Source: an uncultured virus (IMG/VR IMGVR_UViG_3300037541_000797) (lineage: Duplodnaviria; Heunggongvirae; Uroviricota; Caudoviricetes). From it: DNA of 64,000 nucleotides. Below the pieces are notes generated by a model that was not told where the DNA came from, did no database searches, and saw nothing but the letters and a program-made list of their open reading frames with translations. A program made the translations under genes and the position numbers. Positions 1-9,713 of the stretch are shown piece by piece. Where the stretch lies: the IMG/VR virus record IMGVR_UViG_3300037541_000797. One strand, written 5' to 3'. Each line of letters begins with the position of its first letter. Positions within the stretch are counted from its first letter, which is position 1.

Positions 1-150
1 GATTTGGCACTACCCCCAGTGCCAGATTTGGCACTACCCCCAGTGCCAGATTTGGCACTACCCCCAGTGCCAGATTTGGCACTACCCCCAGTGCCAGATT
101 TGGCACTACCCCCAGTGCCGGATTTGGCACTACCCCCAGTGCCAGATTTG
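1..150. repeat. Tandem array of six 24-bp repeats (GATTTGGCACTACCCCCAGTGCCA) plus a partial copy; probable replication-origin iterons
   Basis: Copies at 1, 25, 49, 73, 97 (last base G) and 121; each contains the inverted repeat TGGCACT-N6-AGTGCCA; no spacers; lies inside the rep ORF and encodes KSGTGGSA repeats. Confidence 0.9.
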
Positions 151-437
151 GACAGCCTTGGCTGGTGACGCACTCGGTACACGTTCGACTGATGCGGACG
201 GCGCTCCCCTGAAATCCAGCCCTCGGCTTCCAGCCATGCCAGCTCCTCTGATAGGGCAGTGCGCTGCATCCGACATTTCCTTGACAAGGTGGCCAGAGAC
301 GGATCGGCCCTGTCTTCCGGTCCGGCGTAGTGCCAAAGCCAGCAGTAGGCCAGCAGCCTGCCCTTGGATTCGGCGCTGGCCTCCAGCAGCTCAATTGGCA
401 CCACCGCAAACGGGGTACGGCCCTGTGGTTCAGGCAT
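1..437 (-). CDS. Phage replication initiator, N-terminal part (HTH domain followed by iteron-encoded repeats); runs off the window start
   Basis: Manual translation from ATG at 437 (GGAGGG upstream): MPEPQGRTPFAVVPIELLE...PSLATLSRKCRMQRTALSEELAWLEAEGWISGERRPHQSNVYRV-(KSGTGGSA)n; absent from the ORF track because there is no stop in the window. Confidence 0.8.
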   Translation of the reverse strand, partial: MPEPQGRTPFAVVPIELLEASAESKGRLLAYCWLWHYAGPEDRADPSLATLSRKCRMQRTALSEELAWLEAEGWISGERRPHQSNVYRVRHQPRLSKSGTGGSAKSGTGGSAKSGTGGSAKSGTGGSAKSGTGGSAKSGTGGSAK

Positions 438-530
438 CAGGATGCCCTCCTGGCAGTGGCGGCATCAAGAATGGGCACCCGAATGTGGCACGGAGCAAAA
501 AATGCCATAGAATGACTGCGGTGTAAGGTC

Positions 531-1613
531 TTGAGGGCGGTGGCAGCGGTGCCCCGCCCTCTTTTTTATGCCGCCGAAGGCGAACAGAATCCAGAATGGG
601 GCGCAACTGCTCCGCCGTCAACCTGTTCGCGCTGCATTCCGCCGCATGGATGGGGCATCCACCACGCTGGGCGCTCTGACCAGGGCAGAATAGCTATAGC
701 TAACAGCCGGGACCAATTGACTCAACAACTGCCCAAGGCCCTGCAGCGGCATGCCGAAGGGCAAGCGGTATTTGCGGAGCTGTTGCGCTGCTGGATGGCT
801 CGATCGGGCTGGAGTTATGCCGCCATGGCAGACCTGGCGGAAGCGGCTGTGATTGCGCTGGAGGCGCCGACGATACCCGAGATGGCCGTTGGCAGCCGTT
901 ACCGGGCTGACCAATTGCTGTTGGCCAATGGCCATGTGTGGAAGGCCCGCCATGCCGTATTGGTGCAGGAACTTCCGAGGCGGCAGGAGAAAGAACCAAA
1001 CCCCGATTGGGAGGCTGTTGCCTCTGTGCGTCGGGTATTTCCCAGCCAGCTGAACAACATGCAGCGGCAACTACTGCGGCTTGCCACTTGCATAACGTTC
1101 GACACTCTTGGGCGTCTGAATGAATACTTGGCGGCAATCAAGGCTGGCACCATGGAGCCGCCCAGCGATGAGCGGTTGCGGCGCCATGCCCTGGAGGGCC
1201 TTGTGATTGCCGACGCCCAGGGTCCCTACGGCGCCGAGGAATTTTTCAGCGTGTTCCTGGGCTACACCAAACCCCCCATCCTGCGGCCAGATTTAGACGA
1301 TCGCGCCGCGGCCGAGCTCAGCGCCCAGGTGGCCCGCGACATCAGGGACGGCATCAAAAACGCAGGCCTCGACCTGGTGGATGATTGGGGCGTTTGGGTT
1401 CAGTGTTATCCAAGCTCCGATCCTGATCGGCTGGCACGGATCCAGGACGTGGCCACGGGCCGAGGCACCTGGCCGGTGGATGCGGTTTTGGATGAGGCCG
1501 CGGCCGTGAAAATTGGACTGGCTCGATTGGCGCAGCGGCACGGCGCCAAAGCGTTGAAGCTGGAGCAACTGCCCATCCACTCGCTGGAGGGGGGGGAGCC
1601 GCCCCAAGGCTGA
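531..1613 (+). CDS. Putative repressor-like/HTH protein divergent from rep (true start probably further downstream, ~700)
   Basis: Long ORF; FAELLRCWMARSGWSYAAMADLA...FPSQLNNMQR resembles an XRE-like helix pattern; position typical of an immunity region. Confidence 0.45.
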   Translation: MRAVAAVPRPLFYAAEGEQNPEWGATAPPSTCSRCIPPHGWGIHHAGRSDQGRIAIANSRDQLTQQLPKALQRHAEGQAVFAELLRCWMARSGWSYAAMADLAEAAVIALEAPTIPEMAVGSRYRADQLLLANGHVWKARHAVLVQELPRRQEKEPNPDWEAVASVRRVFPSQLNNMQRQLLRLATCITFDTLGRLNEYLAAIKAGTMEPPSDERLRRHALEGLVIADAQGPYGAEEFFSVFLGYTKPPILRPDLDDRAAAELSAQVARDIRDGIKNAGLDLVDDWGVWVQCYPSSDPDRLARIQDVATGRGTWPVDAVLDEAAAVKIGLARLAQRHGAKALKLEQLPIHSLEGGEPPQG

Positions 1614-1625
1614 GCACCGGCCAAC

Positions 1626-1653
1626 AAAAAAGCGGCCATTGCGGCCGCTTTTT
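1626..1653. terminator. Bidirectional intrinsic terminator
   Basis: AAAAAAGCGGCC-ATTGC-GGCCGCTTTTT just after the stop at 1613. Confidence 0.8.
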
Positions 1654-2111
1654 CGATCAATCAATCCAATCACTGCAGAAGTTTGGTAGCCGATGCAGTG
1701 GCTGGTTTTCTCAAGCAAGAACCATTGAAATGATTCTATCTGAAACCTCAGGGGCGCCAACCCCTGCCCCCGCACCCGTTGATGGGTGTGGATGGGTGCA
1801 TTCTACCAGGAAATGCTGCGGCTTGGCGCCAGCCGGTGCTGTTCGTGTTCCCGTTCGTGGGTGATTTCCATTTCGGCTGAGCTGTCGGGACAGCTCCAAC
1901 GCAGCAGCAGCAGCCGGGCGGAGGGCCAGAGCTGCAGCCAGGTGTTGCGCTGTCGCCAGATGGTGTCTGCGGTTTCAGCCGAGTGCGTGGAGAGCTCCAG
2001 CGTGTCGCCGATCAGCTGGAGATTCACATCGCTCGGCATCGGAGAAGCAGCCACCATCCTGAATCCGTGATAAGGTAGGGGTTCGCTCCCCCCCCCCCAC
2101 CATACCGGCTC

Positions 2112-3104
2112 ATGAATGAACCAGCGCGTGCTTTGACGCCCGAGCCGCCACCGCCAGGCCCGCAAACCGCAGACGCTGCGGCCAAAGAGCCAGCAGCCTC
2201 GCAAACCAAGGCTCAGTATTTGGTCACATCGGTCTTGGAGTTGACCGAACAGCAGGCCGCCGCCGACGCCCGGCTCAACGGAGTGAGAGCCTGGGCCGAG
2301 ACGGTCAAGGGGCAAATGAGCGCTCTCCACGCTCAGGTCGCGAGCATGGGCGACGCTCAATCCATTGAGGCGCAACAGATTGCAGTTCTGGCGCAACAGA
2401 TTGCAGTTTTGAATCAGCGCACTGATCCTGGCGAGCGCGAGTTGCCGCCCCCTTCAGCCAGGCCCCACGATGCACCGGATGAAGTGATAGGCTATCGCCC
2501 ATCACCAGAACAGCTCGCTCAGCTGTTTACCGCCCTGGCTGAATGGCAGGCCGCGGCCCCCAGCCTGGGCAAAACTGGTACAGCAAATATTGAGACGCTC
2601 GACGGCAAAAAAGCCAGTTACGATTTCGCCACCCCTGGCGATGTGAGCGCGTTGGCCCGCACAGCTGGTGCCCAGGGATTGAGCCATTTCCACCGAGAAG
2701 TGGTATTGGCCGATTACTCCGTGATCCGCACTTATTTAGTGCATAGTGCTGGTGGGTTTATTTGGTGCGATGTACCGCTCTTGCAGAAGGAAAACAAACT
2801 GTGGAGCCCTATGCAGAAATGGTCTGCGGCTTGCACTACCGCCAAGCGAATGGGCATTTTATCGGTGATGGGGATTCTTCCTGCGGATATTGATGACGAC
2901 GGCAACCCCACAGGTGGAGGGGGCGGTGGTGGTGGTCGCCAGGGCGGTGGCCGCCCACCAGGTGGTGGTGATTCGACTAAGCCGCCGCCGTTGCCGGCCG
3001 CCAATATCCGCCGAATTGGCGCTGCTGCTGGCCCCACTGGCGCAGCGAACGGCACGGCACCGGTCAGCCAGCCGCAGCCCGCAGCCATCAGAGTCCACGC
3101 CTGA
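2112..3104 (+). CDS. ERF-family single-strand annealing protein
   Basis: LFTALAEWQ...YDFAT...TYLVHSAGG...QKWSAACTTAKRMGILSVMGI..DIDDDGN matches the ERF core; Gly/Pro-rich tail. Confidence 0.75.
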   Translation: MNEPARALTPEPPPPGPQTADAAAKEPAASQTKAQYLVTSVLELTEQQAAADARLNGVRAWAETVKGQMSALHAQVASMGDAQSIEAQQIAVLAQQIAVLNQRTDPGERELPPPSARPHDAPDEVIGYRPSPEQLAQLFTALAEWQAAAPSLGKTGTANIETLDGKKASYDFATPGDVSALARTAGAQGLSHFHREVVLADYSVIRTYLVHSAGGFIWCDVPLLQKENKLWSPMQKWSAACTTAKRMGILSVMGILPADIDDDGNPTGGGGGGGGRQGGGRPPGGGDSTKPPPLPAANIRRIGAAAGPTGAANGTAPVSQPQPAAIRVHA

Positions 3105-3371
3105 TGCCTGGGCAGACCAGCCCGATCCTTGGGTGTGAGCCTCCGCCCCCATGCCCTCCACTGCCCGGTTCAGGTGGTGGCCGCCGTCAAGCTGTCCAAC
3201 AGCCAAGCGGCAGGGCCTCTGGGTGAGCCAAGCCGCTGATTCAAGCTTGGGCGGTCCCAGCGAGGACAGCCGTTGATGCCAGCCCCACGTGGGTTTGAGG
3301 GACGGCTGCAAGGCTCAATGGTCGTAAGACCCAACAAAATCTGATCTATTACCTGAATCCATCCCCATCCC

Positions 3372-3839
3372 ATGGAAATGCAGCTTGACAATCGGCCCGC
3401 GGCTTTCTTCCACGATGCCGCCGGCTGCCTCCTGCCCGATGTTGCCGATGCGAAAGCCGGTCACGCGCCCCTGTTGTTGATTGCTCGCTGCGGATCGATG
3501 GGATTGCGGGCGGATGGCACCCTGGTGCGGCTGCAGCGCCCTGCCGAATGGCCTAACAAGGCCTATGGGGAGTGGGTGGAGATCAATGGCCAGGCGCTCA
3601 ACCTCGACCAGGCCGTGGCGGTCGTGGAGGCCGCCGAGGATTTGTTTCTGTTGCCACGCCACACCCTCGACATGGAGAACCTGTGGCTCACCTGCCAGGT
3701 GTGGGCCCTGGCCAGCCAGGTGCATGGTTCACCGCTGCGGGAAGCCCTGGAGCGCGTGCAAGCGCTTGAGCAGCAGCTGGCCGCCACCCACCAGCTGCTG
3801 TGCAGCCTGGAGCTGCCCGATGAAAGCCGGCCTCATTAA
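3372..3839 (+). CDS. Hypothetical phage protein
   Basis: 155-aa ORF, TAATG-coupled to the next gene. Confidence 0.6.
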   Translation: MEMQLDNRPAAFFHDAAGCLLPDVADAKAGHAPLLLIARCGSMGLRADGTLVRLQRPAEWPNKAYGEWVEINGQALNLDQAVAVVEAAEDLFLLPRHTLDMENLWLTCQVWALASQVHGSPLREALERVQALEQQLAATHQLLCSLELPDESRPH

Positions 3840-4276
3840 TGGGCACCCGCATCTATCGCCGCAAACCGGCCGCGGCCACAGGGCCAACTCGGGGTAGCCC
3901 GCTGGAAAATGCCTTTGCCGGCAAATGGTTGCGTGATTGCGCCGATCTGCCCTTCGAGCGGAATTACGTGGTGCCTGGCTGGCGGGACTGGGCTCGCGAA
4001 AAAAAGTCCCTAGGGCTGGTCACTCGTGCCGTGCCGTTCCGGGCGGACTTTGCTTGGCCGGCTGCCCGGGTCTGCGTTGAGATCCAGGGCGCCACCTTTG
4101 TGGTTGGTGGCCATAGCACCGGCCCTGGCATCGAGCGTGATGCCATCAAAAATTTCACAGCTCAGCTATCTGGCTGGGCTTGTCTTGCCCTCACTGCTGG
4201 GATGCTGCTTCACGGCAAAGGTGAGCGCATCTGGCTACCAAAGCTTCGCCAACTGATTTTGGATCGTTCCCGATGA
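3839..4276 (+). CDS. PD-(D/E)xK endonuclease, DUF559/Vsr-like
   Basis: FRADFAWPAARVCVEIQG...GGH...RDAIKN..AQLSGW. Confidence 0.75.
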   Translation: MGTRIYRRKPAAATGPTRGSPLENAFAGKWLRDCADLPFERNYVVPGWRDWAREKKSLGLVTRAVPFRADFAWPAARVCVEIQGATFVVGGHSTGPGIERDAIKNFTAQLSGWACLALTAGMLLHGKGERIWLPKLRQLILDRSR

Positions 4277-5082
4277 CTCGCCACTTGATTGATGATTTTG
4301 TCGCAGGCCCCCTGCGACTGACCTTGAGAGGCAGAAGTGCCCCTGCTGGCGGCATGGGGGTTGATATTGCCGAGCCCCCTGACGTGCGGCCATTTATTTG
4401 CGAAAGGGAAGTGCCAGCCCATTTCTTTTGCGAAGCTCTTTGCTCAGGCATTCACATTCGCAGCTCTGGTCAAGAATATCAAGTTTGGGATTCGTTCAAT
4501 ACTCAAACAATTCAGATGGCACTGCCAGCTAGTGCCACGGTAATCTTTGGCGTTACGTTGAGCGCGGTGGAATTGCCGCGCTTCTGCGATTTCCGGCACG
4601 ATGCCCCCCCCCCTTGTGAGACCGACCTGTGGCTGGCGCGGCCAGAGCCGATTCCTGGGCTCATGGGCAAGCCCCTGGTCACGTTTGATTTGCCGGTGGG
4701 ATCGCTGCGCCTCTGCGATCTCCGGCCAATTGACCAGCCGCCCCCATCGCCAATCACAAACGGGCTCACGTTGTTGGAGCAGACGCAAGCCAAATGGCGC
4801 GGGCAAGGCGTCAAGCGTGTTTTGACACGCCCGATTCTCAATGCAGGAGGCTACGCTGATCCACCTATTCAAGACCGAATAGCCAGCGCGAAGGTGGCAA
4901 CGCCTGGCCACAGACAGCGCAGGTGGCATAAGCGCTATTTCTTCCACAAGGACTCAGCTAAGCCGCATCTGAATACATCAATTGTTTACAGGGATCAAAC
5001 GGGTGCGATTTCCTATGCGGAGGAGTTCACCCGCCGACCTGATGGCGAGATGGTCACCACGGCATTTGAGTTCGAGGATTGA
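4273..5082 (+). CDS. Hypothetical phage protein
   Basis: 269-aa ORF with ATGA overlap. Confidence 0.6.
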   Translation: MTRHLIDDFVAGPLRLTLRGRSAPAGGMGVDIAEPPDVRPFICEREVPAHFFCEALCSGIHIRSSGQEYQVWDSFNTQTIQMALPASATVIFGVTLSAVELPRFCDFRHDAPPPCETDLWLARPEPIPGLMGKPLVTFDLPVGSLRLCDLRPIDQPPPSPITNGLTLLEQTQAKWRGQGVKRVLTRPILNAGGYADPPIQDRIASAKVATPGHRQRRWHKRYFFHKDSAKPHLNTSIVYRDQTGAISYAEEFTRRPDGEMVTTAFEFED

Positions 5083-5107
5083 AGCCGCCCTTGTTCAGAG
5101 ACCAGTT

Positions 5108-5145
5108 GCCCCGCGAGTGTCCCGCACTTGGGACACTCGCGGGGC
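5108..5145. repeat. Perfect 16-bp inverted repeat with 6-bp spacer; 24-bp core recurs inverted at 48082-48105
   Basis: GCCCCGCGAGTGTCCC-GCACTT-GGGACACTCGCGGGGC. Confidence 0.85.
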
Positions 5146-5182
5146 TTGTCTTCAGACTGAATAACCGCTGCTGCTGATACCG

Positions 5183-5992
5183 ATGAGCAAACGCCCCCAG
5201 GCCAGCGCCCCCCCGGCGCAGCGCTCCAGCTCCGATCAAGACCAAACCGCGGCCGATGGCCCAGCAGTGGATCAAGGCGCAAGCAGGGCCCCAGATCCAG
5301 GGTTGGCCAAACCGGTGTTGATGACCATCACAGCCACGGCGGATACCTGGCTCAAGAAAGGCGCCGCACGCGCCGATGAGCTGCCAGCCGGACAGAAGCT
5401 GGCCGCGGCCCGTGGGCAACGCTTTGGCGTTGTGGCGGTTTCCGAGCTGCCCCGCACCGCCCATGTGCAGGTGGAGTTGGCGGCAGGGGCTGGCACCTGG
5501 ATCATCTGGCAGCCCCATTGGCGGGGGTTTTCAGAGCTGCCAACGGGGCTGCCCGGTGGGGCAATTGATTGGAGCGATTTCAGCGCCGCGGTGGGTTCCT
5601 ACCTGACGGTGGGAGAGGTGCTGCAGTTTGATCCGCGCCGTCGCCCCCCGTCTGACAGCGCAGACATTGGCCGGTTGCTCAATACCGCCCGCCAGTTTGA
5701 TGCGGTGCGCAGGGCCTGGGGCGGCCCGTTGGGGGTTACCAGCTTCTACCGCCCCGAGCCGATCAACAGCCAGCTGGGCGGCGCCAGAGCCAGCCAGCAT
5801 GTTGCCGGCTGCGCGATGGACGTCTACCCCATTGACCGATCGCTGGACGAATTTTACAGCTGGATCTATGGGCGGTGGACTGGCGGCATTGGCGATGGCC
5901 GTAACGAGGGATTCATTCACCTGGACACCCGATGCGGCGGCGGGTTTGTGCCTGGGGCTGGCCGCCAGCCTGCGGATGTCTGGGATTATTGA
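5183..5992 (+). CDS. Endolysin, peptidase M15A (D-Ala-D-Ala carboxypeptidase-like)
   Basis: PLGVTSFYRPEPIN..LGGARASQH..GCAMD...FIHLDTR zinc-ligand motifs. Confidence 0.85.
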   Translation: MSKRPQASAPPAQRSSSDQDQTAADGPAVDQGASRAPDPGLAKPVLMTITATADTWLKKGAARADELPAGQKLAAARGQRFGVVAVSELPRTAHVQVELAAGAGTWIIWQPHWRGFSELPTGLPGGAIDWSDFSAAVGSYLTVGEVLQFDPRRRPPSDSADIGRLLNTARQFDAVRRAWGGPLGVTSFYRPEPINSQLGGARASQHVAGCAMDVYPIDRSLDEFYSWIYGRWTGGIGDGRNEGFIHLDTRCGGGFVPGAGRQPADVWDY

Positions 5993-6033
5993 TGCCAGCA
6001 AAAGCTACTGCACACTTTTTTGCTGCTTGTTTG

Positions 6034-6399
6034 TCAGCCCGATGACTCACCGTTGCCTAGGGTGAGTTCCGGTTGGGGCGTTCGCCGAACGACAGTAGCC
6101 GTGCCGTCAACATGCAATGAGACATCCCATGCAGCCATCAGCTGCAGTCGCTCGGCCGTGCATCCAGGAGATAGCTCTTCTAGCAGCACACAAAATGCCT
6201 GGGAAAGCGCAAACATTTTAGCTGCAGTGTTGCCTAATTCGGCAACGCATCCGACAGGATCTGGGCCCGCCCAAATTGTATCCATTGCTAAGCACCACGA
6301 ATTTAGTATTACTTCGTAAGTATTTAAAGCCGTGGTTTGCACGGCCAGCGCTGCTTTTTTCGCCTGGGCATTGCCGGCAAGCATTTGAATCGTGTTCAT
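6034..6399 (-). CDS. Hypothetical protein downstream of tail fibre-like gene
   Basis: 121-aa ORF closely coupled to 6401..8149. Confidence 0.6.
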   Translation of the reverse strand: MNTIQMLAGNAQAKKAALAVQTTALNTYEVILNSWCLAMDTIWAGPDPVGCVAELGNTAAKMFALSQAFCVLLEELSPGCTAERLQLMAAWDVSLHVDGTATVVRRTPQPELTLGNGESSG

Positions 6400-6400
6400 G

Positions 6401-8149
6401 TTAAAAACCTTTTAGCAGTACATAATTTAAGGTTGTGGTGCCACCGGCCCCAGCGGTGGTGACAATCCCCCGAATAGCCTGGGTATTGACGTTGGGAACA
6501 GTATTGCTCACAGGATTAGACGCGTTTCCAGTTAGCGGTGCGCCAATGTTGTACCACAATGCTGATGCCGCCTGCCAATTGTCCTCTGTGCCCTGCATTT
6601 GCACCACCGGGGCAGTGGTGCCGACAGCATCAGCGCTGAGCACCATCTGCAGGTTGCGGCAATTGCCAACGATCAGGGCTGGCGTCACTGAAAGTTGAGT
6701 AGTTAGCGATATGGTGCGGTCATAGCGCTGGCGAATAGCAGCAATGCTATCATTAAAGCTATTTCTGACTATTGAGCGGGTAAGCGATGTTCCGGTGTTT
6801 AAAGTCTGAACGTAGCGCCACCGTGTGCCACCGAAAGCCAATTTTGGAGTTCGATACTGGCCATTCGCGGTAATGCGTGAAAAGTCGTAAATTGTATACC
6901 AGTTTCCCCCACTGTCGCCGGATTCCTCAATTCTGGCGTCCATCCAAGCGTTGGCTCCTGATATGCTGCTAACTGGAATTTCAATAGCATAACTAAGCCC
7001 CCCCGCGGGGGCTACAACAGGTGACGTAGTGCTGGCGTTTATTGACGACGAAGTCACGTCGGTAACGCTAGCGGATGGGGCTGCGCTAATAACCGAACCA
7101 GTTACCGGCAAAATTGCTTGGGTAGTGGGCGTAAACACTGTTTCGCTCCATTGCTGTAGCTGAACATGCGTAATCCCTCCAGTGGTTGCAGCAGAAAGAC
7201 GCACCCGAAACCAAGGTTGAAGAACAGGTATGCTAAAGCTACCAGCCGAAACGCCCGTAGATACAGCGCCACTCGCGACGCTTGACATTTGCGCGGTAAT
7301 TACTCCAGCGCTGAACGAGCTATCAAAAGACCATTCCGACGTGATAATGCCTCCTGTGCCCATTGAAATAGTTTGCAATGTCAACATGCGCGTATTGGCG
7401 CAGTTGATTGGGCCGATCAGGATTGTATTGGCAGCTAGCGGCCCCGACGTTGTCTGCTGGTAGCTGCTAGCTATAGGCGCATTAGGCGATGCGACAACAG
7501 GCAAGGGATTGCCGTTGGCAATCCCTTGCACCGTCAGCACATCAGCGCTGGGGCTGCCGGCGGTGCCTAATGTTGGCTGGAGTGCTGCAATGGCAGCGCC
7601 AGCAGGGAGTGGCATAGACACGGCGCTGATTGGCTGAGTGGCCTGCCAAAACGTGCCGGTTACCGGCACTTGTCCAGCGTTCAGCGCAGGTAGCAAGCCA
7701 GCTAGATAGCGCAGCCAACCGCGAATACCCGTTGAAGCGCCCGGCAATGTTGGCGAGTTAATGCCATCCGAGCCCAGCGCAGCTGCAATTAGGTCATCGG
7801 TCGCCAGCGTGAATCGCTGAGTTTTAGCGGTGATCACACCGCCGCCCACCTCCACGTCAGGCGCGACAGCCTGAGCCGTCAACCCATCATCGTAAAATAC
7901 CTGCAGCGAGTCGGTATTACTATGCGCAGTGGTATCAAAAGCCAGCGCCAGTGTGGGGCTGGACCATGTGCCGGTATAGCTAACACCGTTTGCGCCAACT
8001 TTTTGCGGTAGATAAATCCATGTTTGCCGAGTGATGTTAAAAGCGCCTAAAATTTGCCCTTGGAACGTGGGGATTGGCGCCAAAAACGTCAGACTCCTGT
8101 CTGCAGCGTTGAATTGATATGTGCTTGGATTGCGAACGGGGCCTTTCAT
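6401..8149 (-). CDS. Tail fibre/virion structural protein
   Basis: 582 aa, Thr/Ser/Gly-rich, repeated beta-sandwich-like units; in tail module. Confidence 0.6.
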   Translation of the reverse strand: MKGPVRNPSTYQFNAADRSLTFLAPIPTFQGQILGAFNITRQTWIYLPQKVGANGVSYTGTWSSPTLALAFDTTAHSNTDSLQVFYDDGLTAQAVAPDVEVGGGVITAKTQRFTLATDDLIAAALGSDGINSPTLPGASTGIRGWLRYLAGLLPALNAGQVPVTGTFWQATQPISAVSMPLPAGAAIAALQPTLGTAGSPSADVLTVQGIANGNPLPVVASPNAPIASSYQQTTSGPLAANTILIGPINCANTRMLTLQTISMGTGGIITSEWSFDSSFSAGVITAQMSSVASGAVSTGVSAGSFSIPVLQPWFRVRLSAATTGGITHVQLQQWSETVFTPTTQAILPVTGSVISAAPSASVTDVTSSSINASTTSPVVAPAGGLSYAIEIPVSSISGANAWMDARIEESGDSGGNWYTIYDFSRITANGQYRTPKLAFGGTRWRYVQTLNTGTSLTRSIVRNSFNDSIAAIRQRYDRTISLTTQLSVTPALIVGNCRNLQMVLSADAVGTTAPVVQMQGTEDNWQAASALWYNIGAPLTGNASNPVSNTVPNVNTQAIRGIVTTAGAGGTTTLNYVLLKGF

Positions 8150-8323
8150 GGTGTTAGCCGAAAATCAAAGCCATGGCAATGGCTGTTGCTTCTGCGTCGG
8201 ATGTGTCGGCTGCTGGGCCCGGAGGGCCTGGCACCCCCTGCTGCCCCCGCACGGTCAGATGCAGCTTCAGCGGCTCTCGCTGAGCCTCGATCACTTGCAC
8301 AGCAGTGGGCAGGATTGGGCCAC

Positions 8324-8668
8324 TCATGGGGGGGTGAAATCAACAAACGGCATCAGGCCATCCATGTAGCAGTGAAATGTGCTATCCGGCAACAGCAATC
8401 GCAGCTCATAAGGGAGCTTGCCATCCAGTATGGCCGTTTGGGCTGCTGTAAATCCATGGCTGGTTCGTCCTGGCGACAGGCTGATGTATTGCGTAGCAAG
8501 GGTGGCTTGCACTGCTGTTTTTTTTCGGTCCCACACCACGCAGCTCACACTGGAGCCGGTGAGATTCAAGGGTGCGCCGGCACCGTCGAACCATTCAAAC
8601 TCCCAGCTAAAGTCAAACCCCCTTTTGATTGGCTTGAAATCGTATCGATAGGTGGTAATACTGGGCAT
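8324..8668 (-). CDS. Small virion protein (BppU/LtfC-like beta domain)
   Basis: IKRGFDFSWEFEWFDGAGAPLNLTG...YELRL pattern; tail module. Confidence 0.45.
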   Translation of the reverse strand: MPSITTYRYDFKPIKRGFDFSWEFEWFDGAGAPLNLTGSSVSCVVWDRKKTAVQATLATQYISLSPGRTSHGFTAAQTAILDGKLPYELRLLLPDSTFHCYMDGLMPFVDFTPP

Positions 8669-8672
8669 TGCG

Positions 8673-8927
8673 TCAACTCTGCGGGCGATCTATTTGCTGG
8701 GGCTCTTTGATGTTTGGGTTGTAGGTATTATAGCCTCTCAGGTAGCCAATTTGCTGTGCCGCTTGGGCCAGCCCTGGTACGCCAGCCACCAGGCCACCGC
8801 CAAGCCAGCAAGCAATCCAGCCACCAGGTGGCGGGGGCCCCACTTCGCAGCGACCGATCAGGGCCATGCCAAATACCGCCGCGGCCAGATGTCCAGCCGT
8901 AAGGCTGCTGAAAATGCGGGTGATCAT
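8673..8927 (-). CDS. Small two-TM membrane protein (holin candidate)
   Basis: Two hydrophobic segments; coupled to 8924..9202. Confidence 0.45.
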   Translation of the reverse strand: MITRIFSSLTAGHLAAAVFGMALIGRCEVGPPPPGGWIACWLGGGLVAGVPGLAQAAQQIGYLRGYNTYNPNIKEPQQIDRPQS

Positions 8928-9202
8928 GGCCGGTTCTCCACCAGCCGCAGCCGGCCATCAAGCCTCTCGGTGATGGTTTCCAATCGCGCCAACCCATCGC
9001 GATAGAGGCTGCGGGCATCGCGCTGCGCCTCCAGCAGCTGGCCCAACCTGGCATTGACCCTGGCGTTGTCAATTTGCAAAGCCAAAAACGCTCCGGCAAT
9101 AGCCAATACCGCTGGGGCTACGATGGCCAAGGCCAGTGTTTTGAGCCATGGCTCAGCCCCAGCGCTGCTGATTGGGGGGCCATGGGCCTGGCGTTTTAGC
9201 AT
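8924..9202 (-). CDS. Small membrane protein with one TM segment and coiled coil (lysis-related candidate)
   Basis: WLKTLALAIVAPAVLAIAGAFLAL followed by a charged helix. Confidence 0.5.
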   Translation of the reverse strand: MLKRQAHGPPISSAGAEPWLKTLALAIVAPAVLAIAGAFLALQIDNARVNARLGQLLEAQRDARSLYRDGLARLETITERLDGRLRLVENRP

Positions 9203-9263
9203 GGCCGCTACGAATCATGCCAGGCTAATCAGATTGGGCTGCGCCGCTCTGCCCCCATCGGGC

Positions 9264-9713
9264 TTAGCCCTCCATCTCAGCTCCAGGCAGCTGATAGGTG
9301 TCCGCCAGGCCATTAGCTGCCAGCAACCCCCCGATTTCCGCCCAGTGGGCTACGGTTAGGTTGGTGGCTGCAACGGCTACGTCTGTCAGCGACTGCTGCA
9401 GGGCGGCGACATTAGCAAAGCCCAGCTTTGCATCGGTTAGGTTGGCAATTAGCTCCAGGTTGGCCGTCATCAGCTGCGGCGAGGTTGCTGTTTGAGTTTT
9501 AATTACTTGATAGGCGTCAGTCGTTATCAATCCGTTGTAGAACGCTCGATAGCGAGCGCCATCAGGGATGCGCGGGCCGACAGCCCACGCCTGGCGCATC
9601 ATCCCGTCTTCGCCACGAACGGGGTTGAGAGAGATGAGGACTTCCGTTTCGGGGTCGTACTCGGGGGGAGTGGTGGCTAGAACAGGGATTAAGAGTGTTC
9701 CTGGTAGTGTCAT
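9264..9713 (-). CDS. Tail fibre-associated/assembly protein
   Basis: PPEYDPETEVL motif; directly follows the large tail protein. Confidence 0.5.
   Translation of the reverse strand: MTLPGTLLIPVLATTPPEYDPETEVLISLNPVRGEDGMMRQAWAVGPRIPDGARYRAFYNGLITTDAYQVIKTQTATSPQLMTANLELIANLTDAKLGFANVAALQQSLTDVAVAATNLTVAHWAEIGGLLAANGLADTYQLPGAEMEG

Noticed and set aside
1..150. CRISPR array
   Set aside because: Repeats are head-to-tail with no spacers, lie in frame inside the rep gene, and no cas genes are present
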